A program made the position numbers and the translations under genes. Of a stretch of 64,000 nucleotides of DNA, positions 62,473 to 64,000 are shown piece by piece. The DNA is from Veleropilina oligotropha. Its lineage: Eukaryota. The stretch spans positions 1-64,000 of the forward strand of contig JBEUKZ010000088.1 in the NCBI GenBank assembly GCA_048128005.1. Direction: 5' to 3'. The notes beneath the pieces were generated by a model. The model did no database searches. It saw nothing but the letters and a program-made list of their open reading frames with translations, and was not told where the DNA came from. The stretch's first letter is position 1. Each line of letters starts with the position of its first letter.

Positions 62473-62757
62473 CTAAACACCAAATTAAAACTTAATTAGT
62501 TTCAAAATGACCTTTGAAATGGCTTAAAAGTCTCAAAAATTATGTAACTATGTAATTATGTAACAATATATGTTATCTCTTATTTACAATATCTGGACAC
62601 TTAGCATGAAATTGTAGTATTGGTAACCCCAACGATAAATAACAGATAACATAATTATCATTAATAATAATTTATTCTTCAGAATGTTTTCATTTTATAT
62701 TGTTTACAAGAATCGTCTTCCTACACAAAACTAGAGGAAGTCGACATGTGGGCCTAC

Positions 62758-62950
62758 CTTCTTCCCATTGGCCATTTGCTGCGTCTTGCACCGTGACTGC
62801 TAGTTGACCAGTGTATGTATTGAAGCCGGACATTGCCGAAGTATTATTCATAGCGGGGGATCGAGGGGCAGGTAAAGACAATTGGTTTGGATTTCTTGGC
62901 ATGCTGTATAATGCTTCGGCTAAATCGGCCGCACGCTTTAATATAATTTC
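62758..62950 (-). CDS. coe: COE/EBF (collier) exon: end of the HLH helix plus linker
   Basis: 193-nt AG/GT exon encoding EIILKRAADLAEALYSMPRNPNQLSLPAPRSP...QWEE. EIILKRAADL is the COE-family dimerisation helix. Upstream exons lie beyond position 64000. Confidence 0.95.
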
Positions 62951-64000
62951 CTGAAAACATAAACTTGTCTAATAATGCTTGTCTAATCCACATGCAATCA
63001 TCAATATAAATATACACTTATACTCTTTCAATTGCGTATTATGCATACAGTATAGATGTACGTTATACGATAAATATAGTGAATTCAATCGAAAATAATT
63101 TAAGATTATCAACAGAATCTTGAAAATGGGTGCATTATCCTATCGCGTGGGCTTTGCTATGTCTTATCCACCTCTTATCATATATCCGGGTCATTTTACA
63201 TAGACCAAAGTGTTTAATAAAAACGATATTACATACTTTAAGTGTGTAATATCGATTTTCTTGTAATTTTGATTGGACAATTTTATCCATGAAACAGAAT
63301 AACATCCAATGACAGAACGGGTCACACAAGGTCATTTACAATGTATCGGACTATATTATATCATGCGATTTCGGCGATATGCGATTTAATCGATCAGAAA
63401 AACATGGCCACGGTCAAGGGAAAATACTGCAACTAACGACCAATATTTATTTGAAATATTAAGTGCAGCCATCCAGGTAAGATCGTTTAACTTCCGATAG
63501 TCATAGCATACAAAATACAACGTAGTAGGCCAAGTTTGCAATTTAGTTTCTGCTATGCAATCTGTATGATGTACATTCCAGTCATTATTATTTAAGATGG
63601 AAATTAACAAATTAGCGTTGCATTTTTGCAAAATTATTCTGGAAACGTGTTTATATTTGTATTGTTAAGATATACAAAGCCGACCATTTTGTTATTGTTC
63701 TGATGCTTTATATGTAAGCAAACGTACCTTCGTCGACAGCAGACGACAAATTGTGCCGACCTCTTATACGATAAAGCGAAATCGACATACATTAGTCGCA
63801 CGCGACACGCATTTCATGTTCTATGAATAGAGCTTGTTGGAATAGTATAATATTGATAAAGCGACATTTGTTCTTTTCATAACAGCATTTGTTTCTCTTT
63901 ATAGTTTAGAGAGTGGGTAAAAACGAGATTATTTTTCACACTCAATGCCACTGTCACATTTGCAAATTTCACCTTCTGCAATATTACTACGGCGCATAAT

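Overview
AT-rich eukaryotic genomic DNA from an invertebrate. The repeat complement suggests a marine lophotrochozoan such as a mollusc (inference). There is no CRISPR, rRNA or true tRNA. Two intron-containing host genes lie on the minus strand. The first is EXD2, with six phase-compatible coding exons at 2849-17229; its start exon was not found and its 3' part runs off the left edge. The second is the 3' end of a COE/EBF (collier) transcription factor, with four exons at 59951-62950 and a last exon readable in two frames. The main feature is an apparently intact 7.5-kb DIRS1-like tyrosine-recombinase retrotransposon (5014-12495) with gag, RT-RNaseH-methylase and YR ORFs, identical 203-bp inverted repeats and a perfect internal complementary region. 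It integrated through a 3-bp ATG crossover into a 156-bp tandem repeat in an EXD2 intron. The rest is densely nested mobile DNA: Academ, Kolobok-like, pogo/Tigger, Tc1, PIF/Harbinger, an unclassified 6.5-kb TGT..ACA element, a cluster of hairpin-bearing Crypton-like elements joined at GTGATAAA, Helentron-like tandem-repeat elements, tRNA-derived SINEs, LINE and Penelope relics, and a displaced copy of an EXD2 exon.
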